NCBI GenBank assembly: GCA_964634265.1
Contig: CAZWIM010000003.1
Span: forward strand, 138,541 to 202,540
From: an uncultured Chitinophaga sp.
GTDB lineage: Bacteria; Bacteroidota; Bacteroidia; Chitinophagales; Chitinophagaceae
Direction of reading: 5' to 3'
Length of the DNA: 64,000 nt
Positions 9,086-18,126 of this stretch are shown here, piece by piece. Position 1 is the stretch's first letter; the number at the start of each line of letters is the position of its first letter. Below the pieces are notes generated by a model, which worked only from the letters and a program-made list of their open reading frames with translations, was not told where the DNA came from and searched no databases. Made by a program: the position numbers and the translations under genes.

Positions 9086-9151
9086 TAAAAGTATTTTGAG
9101 GGTATAGGGTGTCAGGTAATAATTATCACTCAGGGAACTGATTTTTATCAT
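9086..9151 (-). promoter_or_regulatory. Tandem FNR-like boxes plus -7 element (ccoS-NOQP promoter)
   Basis: GTAAT-AATT-ATCAC 9116-9129 and CTGAT-TTTT-ATCAT 9138-9151; TACTTTTA 9093->9086. Confidence 0.75.
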
Positions 9152-9185
9152 TTCCCTCTTCAAATAGCCTGTAAGACAATGATTT

Positions 9186-11582
9186 CTAAAGTTTCATCTG
9201 CCTGGCTATCCAACTGCTGCTGCCAAATGTGAGCAATAAAATGCTTAATGAGCTGGCCGGCATCAGTATCGCTGCGATCAATGGCGACAAGGTGCCTTGT
9301 ACAGCAAATGACAAACCGATAATGTTGTAAACAATAGAAAGCACAAAGCTGGCAATCACGATGTTTTTATTTGCCTTGCAAAGGCTGATGAATCTTGTAA
9401 GTCTTGGTAGCTCTGATGCCCCGATAATAGCATCGCTGGAAGGAGTAAAATTGTTGGTTTGTTCAGAAATAGCAACACCTACATTAGCCTGCTTTAAAGC
9501 ACCTGCATCATTCAAACCGTCTCCAATCATCATTACCCTTTCGCCTCTGTGCTGTAGTTCATGTATATACTGCAGTTTGTCTTCTGGCTGTTGGTTGAAT
9601 AAAAGAGTAGCTTTTTCTCCCAGCAGTTTCCGGAGATTTGCTTTCTCAGTATCGTTGTCACCTGATAAAACCGATATTCTGTAGTTCTTTTTAATTTGAG
9701 CCAGAAAGCTTGACAGGTTATCCCTGTAGTGATTGCTGAACTTGAAAAAGCCAAGCATCTCATTATCAATACTGGCATAAACTACTGTGCCATCGTGGCG
9801 ATGTGGGCTGCCGCTTACAAAACCATAAGATCCAAGCTTTACAAATTTCTCACCCATATACCCTTCAATTCCCTGACCAGTGATTTCTTTAAAATTTGTT
9901 ACATCAATTCTTTTACGGGGAGCAAGATGCAGTGAGAGGGCTTTACTTAACGGATGTGAGGAATGAATAGCCAGCGATGCCAGCAGTTCTTGCTGCCTGC
10001 TATCAAGGGGTTCACCTTCAAAGGAAATATCCTGTTGCTGAGTTGTGGTCAGTGTACCTGTTTTGTCAAAGACTACATGATCGATATCTGCAATGTCTTC
10101 GATGGTTTGCGCATTCCTCAGGTAAAACCTGTTCTTGCCAAGTATCCTGAGGATATTACCGTTGGTGAAGGTATTTGACAATAGAAGGGCACAGGGACAG
10201 GCAATAATAAAAATAGCTGTTACGGCAGGCCATATTCTTGCAGGGTCATTGATTTGCCAGTATACAGCAGTACTAACTGCAATAGTAAATACTATGTAGG
10301 TGAAGTAGCGGCTGAGAAGGTGAACAAAGGATACAGATTTTGTTTCTTCCTGCCTGAATTCATCCCGGTTCCAGAGTTTGGTTAAATAACTCTGGGCTAC
10401 TTCTTTTACCACCAGTATCTCAATATTGCCTTCAGTCTGTTTTCCGCCGGCATAAACCAGTTCTCCTACTTCTTTTAATACGGGTAATGATTCACCAGTG
10501 ACGAAGCTGTAATCAATAAACGCTTTTCCTTTTGTTAAGATGCCATCTGCCGGAATCAGTTCTTCATTATGAATAAGCAGTGTATCGCCAGGTTTTATTT
10601 CGGGTAATGTTGTTGGAACTTCTTTATTATCCTTTAGTACGGAAATGGCAATGGGAAAATATGAAGTGTAATCTCTTTCAAATGAAAGCTGGCGGTAGGT
10701 TTTGTCCTGAACAATTCTGCCGGCCAGCATAAAGAAAACGATGCCTGTCATGGAATCGAAATAACCGCCGCCTGTTCCGCTTAGTACTTCATAAGCACTT
10801 CTTACAAAAGTGATGATGATGGCTAATGCAATGGGTGCATCTATATTAAGAAATCTGTGCTTTAAACTTTTCCAGGATGATTGATAAAAGGGAAGAGCAG
10901 AATATAGAAGAACAGGAATGGCCAGGCCAAAATTCAGCCAGCGGAAAACACCTCTCAGGCCCGTTTCACTGGCGTCTATGCCAAAATACTCAGGAAAACT
11001 CATCAGCATGATGTTACCAAAAGCAAAGCCAGCCACACCTAATTGATAAACCATGCTCTTATTAATAGCCGGACGTTTTTCTTTCAGGTCATTCAGGCTG
11101 ATATATGGCTCATAACCGATGCTGGTCAAAACTTCAGCTACTTTTCTCAAACTGGTTTGTCCTGTAAGCAAAACAATTTCCACTTCTTTTCGGGTAAAAT
11201 TGACCTTGCTGGAAACCACACCAGGATCAAGACGATGCAAATTCTCCAGCAAATACAAACAGGAACTGCAATGCATTTGCGGAAGGTAAAAGGTAACATG
11301 TATTTGCTTATCGTCTTTAAAGCTGATCAGCTGAAGCTGAATTTTTTCATCGTCAAGAAAAGCGAATTTATCTTTCCTTACTTTGATCCGTTGGCTGAGA
11401 CCAGGATTTTCATTCAGTGAGTAATAGTCGCAGAGAGAATGTTCATTCAGAATCTGGAATACCATTTTACAGCCTTCGCAGCAAAAATGTTTTTCTTCCA
11501 GCTGAATTTTATCGTTGGGACAAGCTTCACCGCAGTGATAGCAGCTTATTTTTTCCTTGGTAATACTGTCAGGTGAAAGCAT
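9186..11582 (-). CDS. ccoI: Cu-translocating P1B-type ATPase for cbb3 assembly
   Basis: N-terminal CYHCG/CCEGC, HCSSC, CPCAL, DKTGT, GDGLND. Start placed at MLSPDS (11582) because the predicted -7 lies at 11609-11602. Confidence 0.93.
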   Translation of the reverse strand: MLSPDSITKEKISCYHCGEACPNDKIQLEEKHFCCEGCKMVFQILNEHSLCDYYSLNENPGLSQRIKVRKDKFAFLDDEKIQLQLISFKDDKQIHVTFYLPQMHCSSCLYLLENLHRLDPGVVSSKVNFTRKEVEIVLLTGQTSLRKVAEVLTSIGYEPYISLNDLKEKRPAINKSMVYQLGVAGFAFGNIMLMSFPEYFGIDASETGLRGVFRWLNFGLAIPVLLYSALPFYQSSWKSLKHRFLNIDAPIALAIIITFVRSAYEVLSGTGGGYFDSMTGIVFFMLAGRIVQDKTYRQLSFERDYTSYFPIAISVLKDNKEVPTTLPEIKPGDTLLIHNEELIPADGILTKGKAFIDYSFVTGESLPVLKEVGELVYAGGKQTEGNIEILVVKEVAQSYLTKLWNRDEFRQEETKSVSFVHLLSRYFTYIVFTIAVSTAVYWQINDPARIWPAVTAIFIIACPCALLLSNTFTNGNILRILGKNRFYLRNAQTIEDIADIDHVVFDKTGTLTTTQQQDISFEGEPLDSRQQELLASLAIHSSHPLSKALSLHLAPRKRIDVTNFKEITGQGIEGYMGEKFVKLGSYGFVSGSPHRHDGTVVYASIDNEMLGFFKFSNHYRDNLSSFLAQIKKNYRISVLSGDNDTEKANLRKLLGEKATLLFNQQPEDKLQYIHELQHRGERVMMIGDGLNDAGALKQANVGVAISEQTNNFTPSSDAIIGASELPRLTRFISLCKANKNIVIASFVLSIVYNIIGLSFAVQGTLSPLIAAILMPASSLSILLLTFGSSSWIARQMKL

Positions 11583-11601
11583 TTTTTTCCAAAATAATGC
11601 G

Positions 11602-11667
11602 TGAAAGTATTCCACTGTTAAAATACTTTATTTGAGCAACCTCAAAAAGTAAACTGATTTTTATCAG
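11602..11667 (-). promoter_or_regulatory. Tandem FNR-like boxes plus -7 element (ccoI promoter)
   Basis: TTGAG-CAAC-CTCAA 11632-11645 and CTGAT-TTTT-ATCAG 11654-11667; TACTTTCA 11609->11602. Confidence 0.8.
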
Positions 11668-13076
11668 TTCCTTTCTTCAGCAACATGGCGGGGAGCCTGG
11701 ATCGTAACCAGCTCTTCTTCAACGGTAGGCTTCTTTTGGGTGCTGCTGGCCAGTATTTTATAAACAGAAAAGATCAAAAGAAAGAGACCGGCGAAAATAG
11801 CGATGCCACTATAGGCAAATAGCTTGAACCATGGCTGGCTTTTTTGCATGATAGAAGCAAATACTTCATTGTTGAGTTTACCGCTGAGCTTCAGCAGCCC
11901 GCTGCCCAACAGAGAAATCCAGAAAAGAAGTAGCGAAATATTTGTAATGAGAATACCCCAGTTTATATGCAGTTTTTTCTTTTCAATTGCGGCTCTGTTT
12001 TCGTTTTGGATAATATAAAATAAAGATGCAAATAACAGCATTGTATTAATACCAATAGTGGCGCCCATGGCATGAGCTACTGTTATGTGAGTACCGTGAG
12101 TATAATAATTCCAGGACGGAACAGATATCGCAATAGCCAATGTAAGATTCAGAAATATCCAGATATCGGCATAGGAAAGCAGCCGATAGGGTATGTTATG
12201 ATAATTTTTCCGTGCCTGTGTCATGGTCTTTCTCCACTGCATTATTATGTATCCCAGTATAAGTAACTCCGTCATACTTATCACATAGGCTACTGTTTTT
12301 ACCCAGGGTGCAGCTGGTACTATATAAGTGTGATGGCCCCAGTTGAACATCAGGTTGGTCAACCCGAGAAAATAAAAAAAGAAAGCGATAGGCGAACGAT
12401 TGGCTTTGGTGTCACCGCTCAACTTTTCCATAACATACATACCGGTGCCGTACACCAGCATGTTCCAGCTACCTACCATGGAGCCAAGTGCTTTCCACTG
12501 CACTGTCACATCCCTGACGATATTGGTATGAAAATAATCCAGCAGCCACAAATAGGATTCAGACAAGGTAATAAAGAAGAAAAGTATACCTGTTGACCAA
12601 CTCCAGATATAAACAGGTGCGTTCTTATAATCAGGCTTAAGGGTAAAAAAGAAGTTGATAGCAAAAGGTACCCATGACAGCATGATTACTGCGCCGAGTA
12701 ACGGGGGAAACTCCAGGTATTCTCTTCCCCCAAAATAGCCAAGAAAAAAACAAACTAAAATGAGCAAAGAAACTGCTGAGTGGAGAAAAAAGTGTATCCA
12801 GGCACCTTGTTGCCAGTGAAGAGGTCTGCCTGTTACTCTTGGTAAATAGTAATATAAACCGGCTTGTGCTGCCGTAAATATCCAGCTGATAACAAGATAT
12901 ACATGCAACGGTCTTGTTTTCTGAAAGGCCAGCTGATCTTTTAAAAATGGTGGAAGGATATATTGCAGCCCGCCGATAACTCCCAGCAACAAACCAATCA
13001 GGAGGTAACTTACAGAAAGCAGTAAAAATGCCTTTGCTGTTTTGTCAGAAGTGTATATAGCAGTGTCCTTAAACAT
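11664..13076 (-). CDS. Non-canonical heme-copper superfamily subunit I (NorB/CcoN-related)
   Basis: About 12 TM; RPLH58, GREYLEFP, NWGH248H249, E270 and AH335AM337 present; helix-VI His absent (QWKALGSMVGSWN). Confidence 0.85.
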   Translation of the reverse strand: MFKDTAIYTSDKTAKAFLLLSVSYLLIGLLLGVIGGLQYILPPFLKDQLAFQKTRPLHVYLVISWIFTAAQAGLYYYLPRVTGRPLHWQQGAWIHFFLHSAVSLLILVCFFLGYFGGREYLEFPPLLGAVIMLSWVPFAINFFFTLKPDYKNAPVYIWSWSTGILFFFITLSESYLWLLDYFHTNIVRDVTVQWKALGSMVGSWNMLVYGTGMYVMEKLSGDTKANRSPIAFFFYFLGLTNLMFNWGHHTYIVPAAPWVKTVAYVISMTELLILGYIIMQWRKTMTQARKNYHNIPYRLLSYADIWIFLNLTLAIAISVPSWNYYTHGTHITVAHAMGATIGINTMLLFASLFYIIQNENRAAIEKKKLHINWGILITNISLLLFWISLLGSGLLKLSGKLNNEVFASIMQKSQPWFKLFAYSGIAIFAGLFLLIFSVYKILASSTQKKPTVEEELVTIQAPRHVAEERN

Positions 13077-13082
13077 AACAGG

Positions 13083-13460
13083 TCAGGGCTTGGATTTATA
13101 GGTTACAGCAGTTGAGTCTACATATTTTAAGTAACTGATAATATCAGCGATTTCATCAGCTTTAAAATGAAAATTGGGCATTCTGGGTCCACCTGCCTGT
13201 AAGAAGGCTTTCATATAAACTTCACCCCGTTGCGGATCGCTGTAGGCAGTTGTCAGTTCAGGACCCAGGTAGCCGCCTAAACCGTATATCTGGTGGCAGG
13301 CAACGCAATTGTATTGTTCATACAGGTATTTACCACGGGATACTTTTTCTGCTTGTTGTCCTGTTAATTGTATCTCACTTTCCGTTCCTTTTGAATAAAT
13401 GACTGTACTGTAAACCGCATAGCTGGTGAATAAAGTGAGAAAGACTGCTATTTTGATCAT
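13083..13460 (-). CDS. Membrane-anchored monoheme cytochrome c (NorC-like)
   Basis: N-terminal TM, CVACHQIYGLGGYLGPELT, PRMP axial Met. Confidence 0.88.
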   Translation of the reverse strand: MIKIAVFLTLFTSYAVYSTVIYSKGTESEIQLTGQQAEKVSRGKYLYEQYNCVACHQIYGLGGYLGPELTTAYSDPQRGEVYMKAFLQAGGPRMPNFHFKADEIADIISYLKYVDSTAVTYKSKP

Positions 13461-13480
13461 CAGTACTTTGTTTAAAAGGG

Positions 13481-13546
13481 CGAAAGTATTTTCAGGCTTT
13501 GCAGGCAGCGGTGATTTTTCTCAGCCACCGGCCTGATAGTTCTCAT
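13481..13546 (-). promoter_or_regulatory. Tandem FNR-like boxes plus -7 element (norCB-like promoter)
   Basis: GTGAT-TTTT-CTCAG 13511-13524 and CTGAT-AGTT-CTCAT 13533-13546; TACTTTCG 13488->13481. Confidence 0.78.
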
Positions 13547-13569
13547 TTATTCTACTTTTTTAATGGACT

Positions 13570-13593
13570 AAAAAGCATAATCGTATGTTATGC
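13570..13593 (-). terminator. Probable terminator after nosY
   Basis: Minus strand GCATAA-CATACGA-TTATGC-TTTTT (short, AT-rich stem). Confidence 0.45.
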
Positions 13594-13622
13594 CAGAAAG
13601 ACTTTTAGCTCTGCTCTCTTTG

Positions 13623-14390
13623 TTAGAGATCTTTTCTATTGAATCTGCGTATAGCTAGCCAAAGGGGTAATACTGTCCACAGTAGCATGATACCTATTGT
13701 AAACAGCAGACCAGTGCTGCTGGTAAAGAAATCTTTGTATAAGGCGCTTGTGACTCCCATTAATGCACTGATGTCCATCTTTAATGTAACAAAGATTCTT
13801 CCAACATCAATCGGGTTCAGCGATATGAGGGGCAATGTGATTTTTTCCAGCGGGTAATCGCTAAAATTAAAGATTATGAGTAAAATAAGGCCATCAAAAA
13901 TAAGGGTGAAGTAAAACCAAAGCAGGAGAGCGGCACCGATACCCCTGGCTTTGTCTCTTGACCTGACTGATGCAAAAAAGGCAATAGCCACAAAAACAAC
14001 AGTTAAAGCCATCCCGGTCAAAAGCAGTGCAAAGCCGGTTTCATCCGGTGCATAAATGAGGATGGGCAAACCTACGCCGATCAGGAAGGCGCTGAGTAAT
14101 GATATACTTACACCGGCAAACTCACTTATTATGATGCGGGTACGGCTCATTGGCTGCGATGACATCAGTTCTATAAACTCATAAGAATTATAATAGTGAA
14201 TAGTGGTGAATACAAGACTAACCAGCGGCAAAACAATCAATACAATATTTAGCAAACTCAGCATGGCCTTACTGCTGTTTTCTTCCATATTGAACATACT
14301 CAGTGAAACAACCAGTAAAAACAGGGTATAGGCTAATACGATCTTGCTTCTTAGTATATCGTACAGCACATATTTTGATACCTTCATCAT
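13623..14390 (-). CDS. nosY: Nos ABC transporter permease
   Basis: Six-TM ABC-2 permease with LNPID motif, downstream of nosD-nosF. Confidence 0.88.
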   Translation of the reverse strand: MMKVSKYVLYDILRSKIVLAYTLFLLVVSLSMFNMEENSSKAMLSLLNIVLIVLPLVSLVFTTIHYYNSYEFIELMSSQPMSRTRIIISEFAGVSISLLSAFLIGVGLPILIYAPDETGFALLLTGMALTVVFVAIAFFASVRSRDKARGIGAALLLWFYFTLIFDGLILLIIFNFSDYPLEKITLPLISLNPIDVGRIFVTLKMDISALMGVTSALYKDFFTSSTGLLFTIGIMLLWTVLPLWLAIRRFNRKDL

Positions 14391-14401
14391 AGCTGCGGGG
14401 T

Positions 14402-15169
14402 TTAATAGATTTTCTCGTCTTTTTTAACTTCCAGTATCTTGTCTATCCACTCATTTGTGAGCTTTTCACCTTTCATAATCCTGGCAATAGCTTTACCCAG
14501 CCTCAGTTCGCCTGTTTCTTCCTGTAATGTCTGCATATCTTTAAAGAATTGCATTTTACCTTCCTGCAGGTACATCACATGTGTGGTCAGTTCATCAAGA
14601 TCGCTTAGTATATGAGAAGTGATGAGGATCAGCTTATTTTTTTTCTTTTCAGCAATGATCTTATCTTTTAATAGTTCAGAAGAAAGCGGATCAAGACCGG
14701 CGGTGGGTTCGTCAAGAATTAATATGGCAGGATCGAACAGGAATGCCAATGCAGCGCTAACTTTTTGACGGGTGCCTCCGCTCAATGTCCGCATAGGTTT
14801 ATCATATATCTTTTCCAGTTCAAATTGCCTGATCAATGTTTCATCCTGCTTATCAGTCGCTACTCCCCGAATGTTTTCAATCATACGGAAAAGTTGACCG
14901 ATCCTCATATTGTCAGGATACCGTCCAATCTGCGGCATATAACCGATATTGGCCCGATAGGAGTGATCCCCGCTGATCACATGCCCGTCAACTGTGATCT
15001 TGCCTTTATCGGGGCGTACCATCCCCAAAATGGATTTGATAAGGGTCGTTTTTCCGGATCCGTTTGGCCCGATAAGTGAAATTACCTGCCCTTTTTCCAT
15101 GTTGGCGTTGATATCGTCCAATACCTGGAGTTTGCGGAACCGCTTGCTGATATGTTCAATACTGATCAT
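14402..15169 (-). CDS. nosF: Nos ABC transporter ATPase
   Basis: GPNGSGKT, LSGG, ILDEP. Confidence 0.9.
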   Translation of the reverse strand: MISIEHISKRFRKLQVLDDINANMEKGQVISLIGPNGSGKTTLIKSILGMVRPDKGKITVDGHVISGDHSYRANIGYMPQIGRYPDNMRIGQLFRMIENIRGVATDKQDETLIRQFELEKIYDKPMRTLSGGTRQKVSAALAFLFDPAILILDEPTAGLDPLSSELLKDKIIAEKKKNKLILITSHILSDLDELTTHVMYLQEGKMQFFKDMQTLQEETGELRLGKAIARIMKGEKLTNEWIDKILEVKKDEKIY

Positions 15170-16398
15170 AGCTTCAGTGATTTCATCATTGGTTTTTTGT
15201 CTACAAGGTTTTCAGGGGTAAGACTTGGTATGGCTTTTTCAGCTTTGTCAAGCAGTTGAACGGTAAAACTTCTCAACAGCATCAGGGCATTGGGGTTTTG
15301 TTCTATGATCATAGAATACATGCTCACCGGATGATAAGGAATGTCGCCCACTCCATCCCTGTTGATATCGTACCCTTCATATTTATCCCAATAGTTACTG
15401 CTAAATTCATTCAGTGACACCGACCCGTTAGTGCCAACATCAAAACTGTTGCCTGAAAAATTATTACGCTGAAAAATGTTATTCTCACAACTCGCCTGAA
15501 CTTTAATGGCCCATCCGTTTTCCCTAAAAGTATTCCGTTCAATCGTCATGCGGCTGGTGCCTTCCATGTGTATGCCCACTGTGTTTTTGTAGAAAGTGTT
15601 ATGAGATATATAGCTGTCAGAAATATCTTTTAAAAGTATGCCATATGCAGATGACCCCCAGTTTTGATCAAAGTGATTGTTTTCCATCTTAACCTTTTTG
15701 GAATACATCACAGCCACACCAGCTCCATTATTTATGAAAGTATTATTCAGGTAAGCGTCATCATTGGAGAACATAAAATGTAAACCATAGCGAATATTTT
15801 TCTCACTATGATTATTTCTGATGATTGAATGGGTCACAAATTCAAAATAAATACCATCCCGGTGACCCTGGATATTGTTGTTTTCAATTACTGCATAGCT
15901 CGATTTCCACAAATGAATACCATTTCCGGTCAATTGTTCAGACCTGGGAGAGCCTGTTATTATATTGTTTTTAATGGTAGCATAGCTGGTATTAGATACA
16001 TGAATAGCAAAGTAGGCATTGGTTACTTTATTCCCGTCAATGGTGACTTTTGAAGCGTCCACCAGTTTTATGGATGCATAGTCATTTAATGCAGAATATC
16101 CGGAGTTTCTGAATGCAAGGCCTTTTATGCTGATATTCTGGCCACTTATCAGCATAATCTCATACTTATTCTCTCCCTCCAGTATGGGATAGTTTTGGCC
16201 TATGATCGTTATTGATTTTGTTAGTTGTAAAGCACCTTCTTTATAGAGCCCCGGCATCACAGTGATGCTGTCATAATCTTTGGCTATTTCGATGGCTTTC
16301 CGGATAGATGTTACTGACTGATTCTTACCCACGATAATATTCCGGCCAAATCCGGTTGCCGGTAACAGAATTAATAATATCAGGACGAAGCGGTGCAT
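15166..16398 (-). CDS. nosD: N2O reductase maturation protein
   Basis: Beta-helix repeats, GNGIHLW, HRDGIYFE, RYGLHFMFS, NYWDKYEGYD.N.DG.GD. Confidence 0.95.
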   Translation of the reverse strand: MHRFVLILLILLPATGFGRNIIVGKNQSVTSIRKAIEIAKDYDSITVMPGLYKEGALQLTKSITIIGQNYPILEGENKYEIMLISGQNISIKGLAFRNSGYSALNDYASIKLVDASKVTIDGNKVTNAYFAIHVSNTSYATIKNNIITGSPRSEQLTGNGIHLWKSSYAVIENNNIQGHRDGIYFEFVTHSIIRNNHSEKNIRYGLHFMFSNDDAYLNNTFINNGAGVAVMYSKKVKMENNHFDQNWGSSAYGILLKDISDSYISHNTFYKNTVGIHMEGTSRMTIERNTFRENGWAIKVQASCENNIFQRNNFSGNSFDVGTNGSVSLNEFSSNYWDKYEGYDINRDGVGDIPYHPVSMYSMIIEQNPNALMLLRSFTVQLLDKAEKAIPSLTPENLVDKKPMMKSLKL

Positions 16399-17429
16399 TA
16401 TTGCTGGCTTTTGAACAACTCCTCCCAGGTATGTAATGTACCTTCTTTTGTACTATTGGCTTTTTCAGCCGCTTCTTTTGATGAAAATGCGGCGGCATTA
16501 CTTCCCATCGGGCTTCTTAATTGCGGGTTTACCAAAAAGGTAGCTTTTTCCACATCAATGAAATCATTTTCTTTTTCAAAATTGATGACAACTCTTTGTG
16601 AAATTTCTTTTTCTTCCAACATACCGGATTTCAGAAAATTGATCATACATACGAGGTCATCAAATTTGTATACTTTACTTTTCTTGGTTATCACTTCACA
16701 TCCATATTTGGGATCCATGATACCCATTTTACAAAAGTGACAATTATCCTGTCCGTACTTAAATGGTTCTGGTTTTGCAGAACAGGAGCTAAGAAAGAGC
16801 CCCAGCAAAATAACAGGTGCCGCAAATGTGGTGGTTTTAAGTTTTTTTGAAGCTTTACGGTGCTTATACCACTCCGCAAACCAAACTGCAAAGGCGAGAC
16901 AGCCTGCTCCAATCACTATCCAGCCACCTACGTCTGGAAATGAATAAGAATCAAAATTCAGTAAACGTTTGTGGCCAATCAGCGGCGGCTGATAAGACAT
17001 GTCCGGCACCTGGATAGGTGCTTTTGGATCAAGGTTATGTCCGTATTTATAGCCCCATTGGTAAAAGTCCCACATAGCCAGTATGCCACCCAGGATAGTC
17101 AGACCTATATAGGCAAGCAGGAACTTGCGATTACCAGTAATGGCGACTATCATACCCAACAGCATGAAAAAGCCGACTACATAAGGCAGGTATTTAAATT
17201 CAGGGAACATGTCAACCGTAATGTGCTCCATACCGATATAATGGTTCAGGCCATTAATAATATCTACATCACCGGTAAGGCCATTTATCCAAATGTTCAT
17301 TGTCAGACCTTCCGGATATTGGGGAGCAAAAAGGTCTATACGCCAGGCGGGAAGAAAGAAAACGGCAATCAATGCACCAGATGCAAATGCTACTAGAATC
17401 CTCGATGCGACACTCAGTTTGTTGTTCAT
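16398..17429 (-). CDS. nosL: Clade II Nos membrane protein (NosB-like) fused to NosL copper chaperone
   Basis: N-terminal WRIDLFAPQYPEGL...LNHYIGM membrane domain; C-terminal CHFCKMGI, FDDLVC, SPMG; likely start MNNKLS. Confidence 0.85.
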   Translation of the reverse strand: MNNKLSVASRILVAFASGALIAVFFLPAWRIDLFAPQYPEGLTMNIWINGLTGDVDIINGLNHYIGMEHITVDMFPEFKYLPYVVGFFMLLGMIVAITGNRKFLLAYIGLTILGGILAMWDFYQWGYKYGHNLDPKAPIQVPDMSYQPPLIGHKRLLNFDSYSFPDVGGWIVIGAGCLAFAVWFAEWYKHRKASKKLKTTTFAAPVILLGLFLSSCSAKPEPFKYGQDNCHFCKMGIMDPKYGCEVITKKSKVYKFDDLVCMINFLKSGMLEEKEISQRVVINFEKENDFIDVEKATFLVNPQLRSPMGSNAAAFSSKEAAEKANSTKEGTLHTWEELFKSQQ

Positions 17430-17501
17430 AACCCTGTTTTTAATGACTTCCGGGGCATTGCACCCCGGAAGCTTCAATTTTTAAACCTTCAACAAGAAAA
17501 G

Positions 17502-18062
17502 CTATTTTTTAGCCGGTGGTAGCAATACCTCATCAATTACATATACAAGTCCGTTACTTGCGGGAATGGCAGCTACAATATTTGCTTTGCCATTTATTTT
17601 TATTTTACCATCTGCAGATTTACTGATAGTAATATTATCTCCGTTGGCCTGGCCTATTTGCTGACCGTCCTGCAGCATATTTTCTTTAAATACGCCTAGT
17701 GCAACATGGTATTCAAGAATGTTCTGCAAATCTGCTTTTTTATCATCTTTCATTAATCCATCAACAGTTCCTGCAGGGAGTTTATCAAAAGCAGCATTGG
17801 TTGGTGCAAACACGGTAAAAGGCCCGGCGTTTGAAATATCATCTACATATTCAGCCTGTTTAAGGGCAGCCACCAATGTGGTATGATCGGGTGAGCCAAC
17901 AGCTACTTTTACTATATCCTTTTGTGATACATCGTCCTTCACATTTTCCTGTCCCCCCGCTGTTACTGTTTCATCAGTAGCAGCAGTTTCTTTTTTTTCA
18001 TTATTGCAGGCATTTGTAAATATGATAAGTGCGACTGGCAGCAGTAAGATTAGTTTTTTCAT
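17502..18062 (-). CDS. Fasciclin (FAS1) domain lipoprotein
   Basis: Lipobox FTNAC; GPFTVFAPTNAAF, ILEYHV, ASNGLVYVIDEVLLP. Confidence 0.92.
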   Translation of the reverse strand: MKKLILLLPVALIIFTNACNNEKKETAATDETVTAGGQENVKDDVSQKDIVKVAVGSPDHTTLVAALKQAEYVDDISNAGPFTVFAPTNAAFDKLPAGTVDGLMKDDKKADLQNILEYHVALGVFKENMLQDGQQIGQANGDNITISKSADGKIKINGKANIVAAIPASNGLVYVIDEVLLPPAKK

Positions 18063-18091
18063 ATACTTATATTTTAAGTATGAAAGTTGAT

Positions 18092-18119
18092 AAGAGCAAC
18101 CGCATATGCGGTTGCTCTT
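18092..18119. repeat. Perfect 28-bp palindrome between nosZ and the fasciclin gene
   Basis: AAGAGCAACCGCAT|ATGCGGTTGCTCTT. Confidence 0.9.
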
Positions 18120-18126
18120 TACTTAA

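Noticed and set aside
11664-13076. Pseudogene interpretation of the NorB-like gene
   Set aside because: The ORF is full length and intact, other ligands are conserved, the partner cytochrome is intact, and it has its own regulon promoter.
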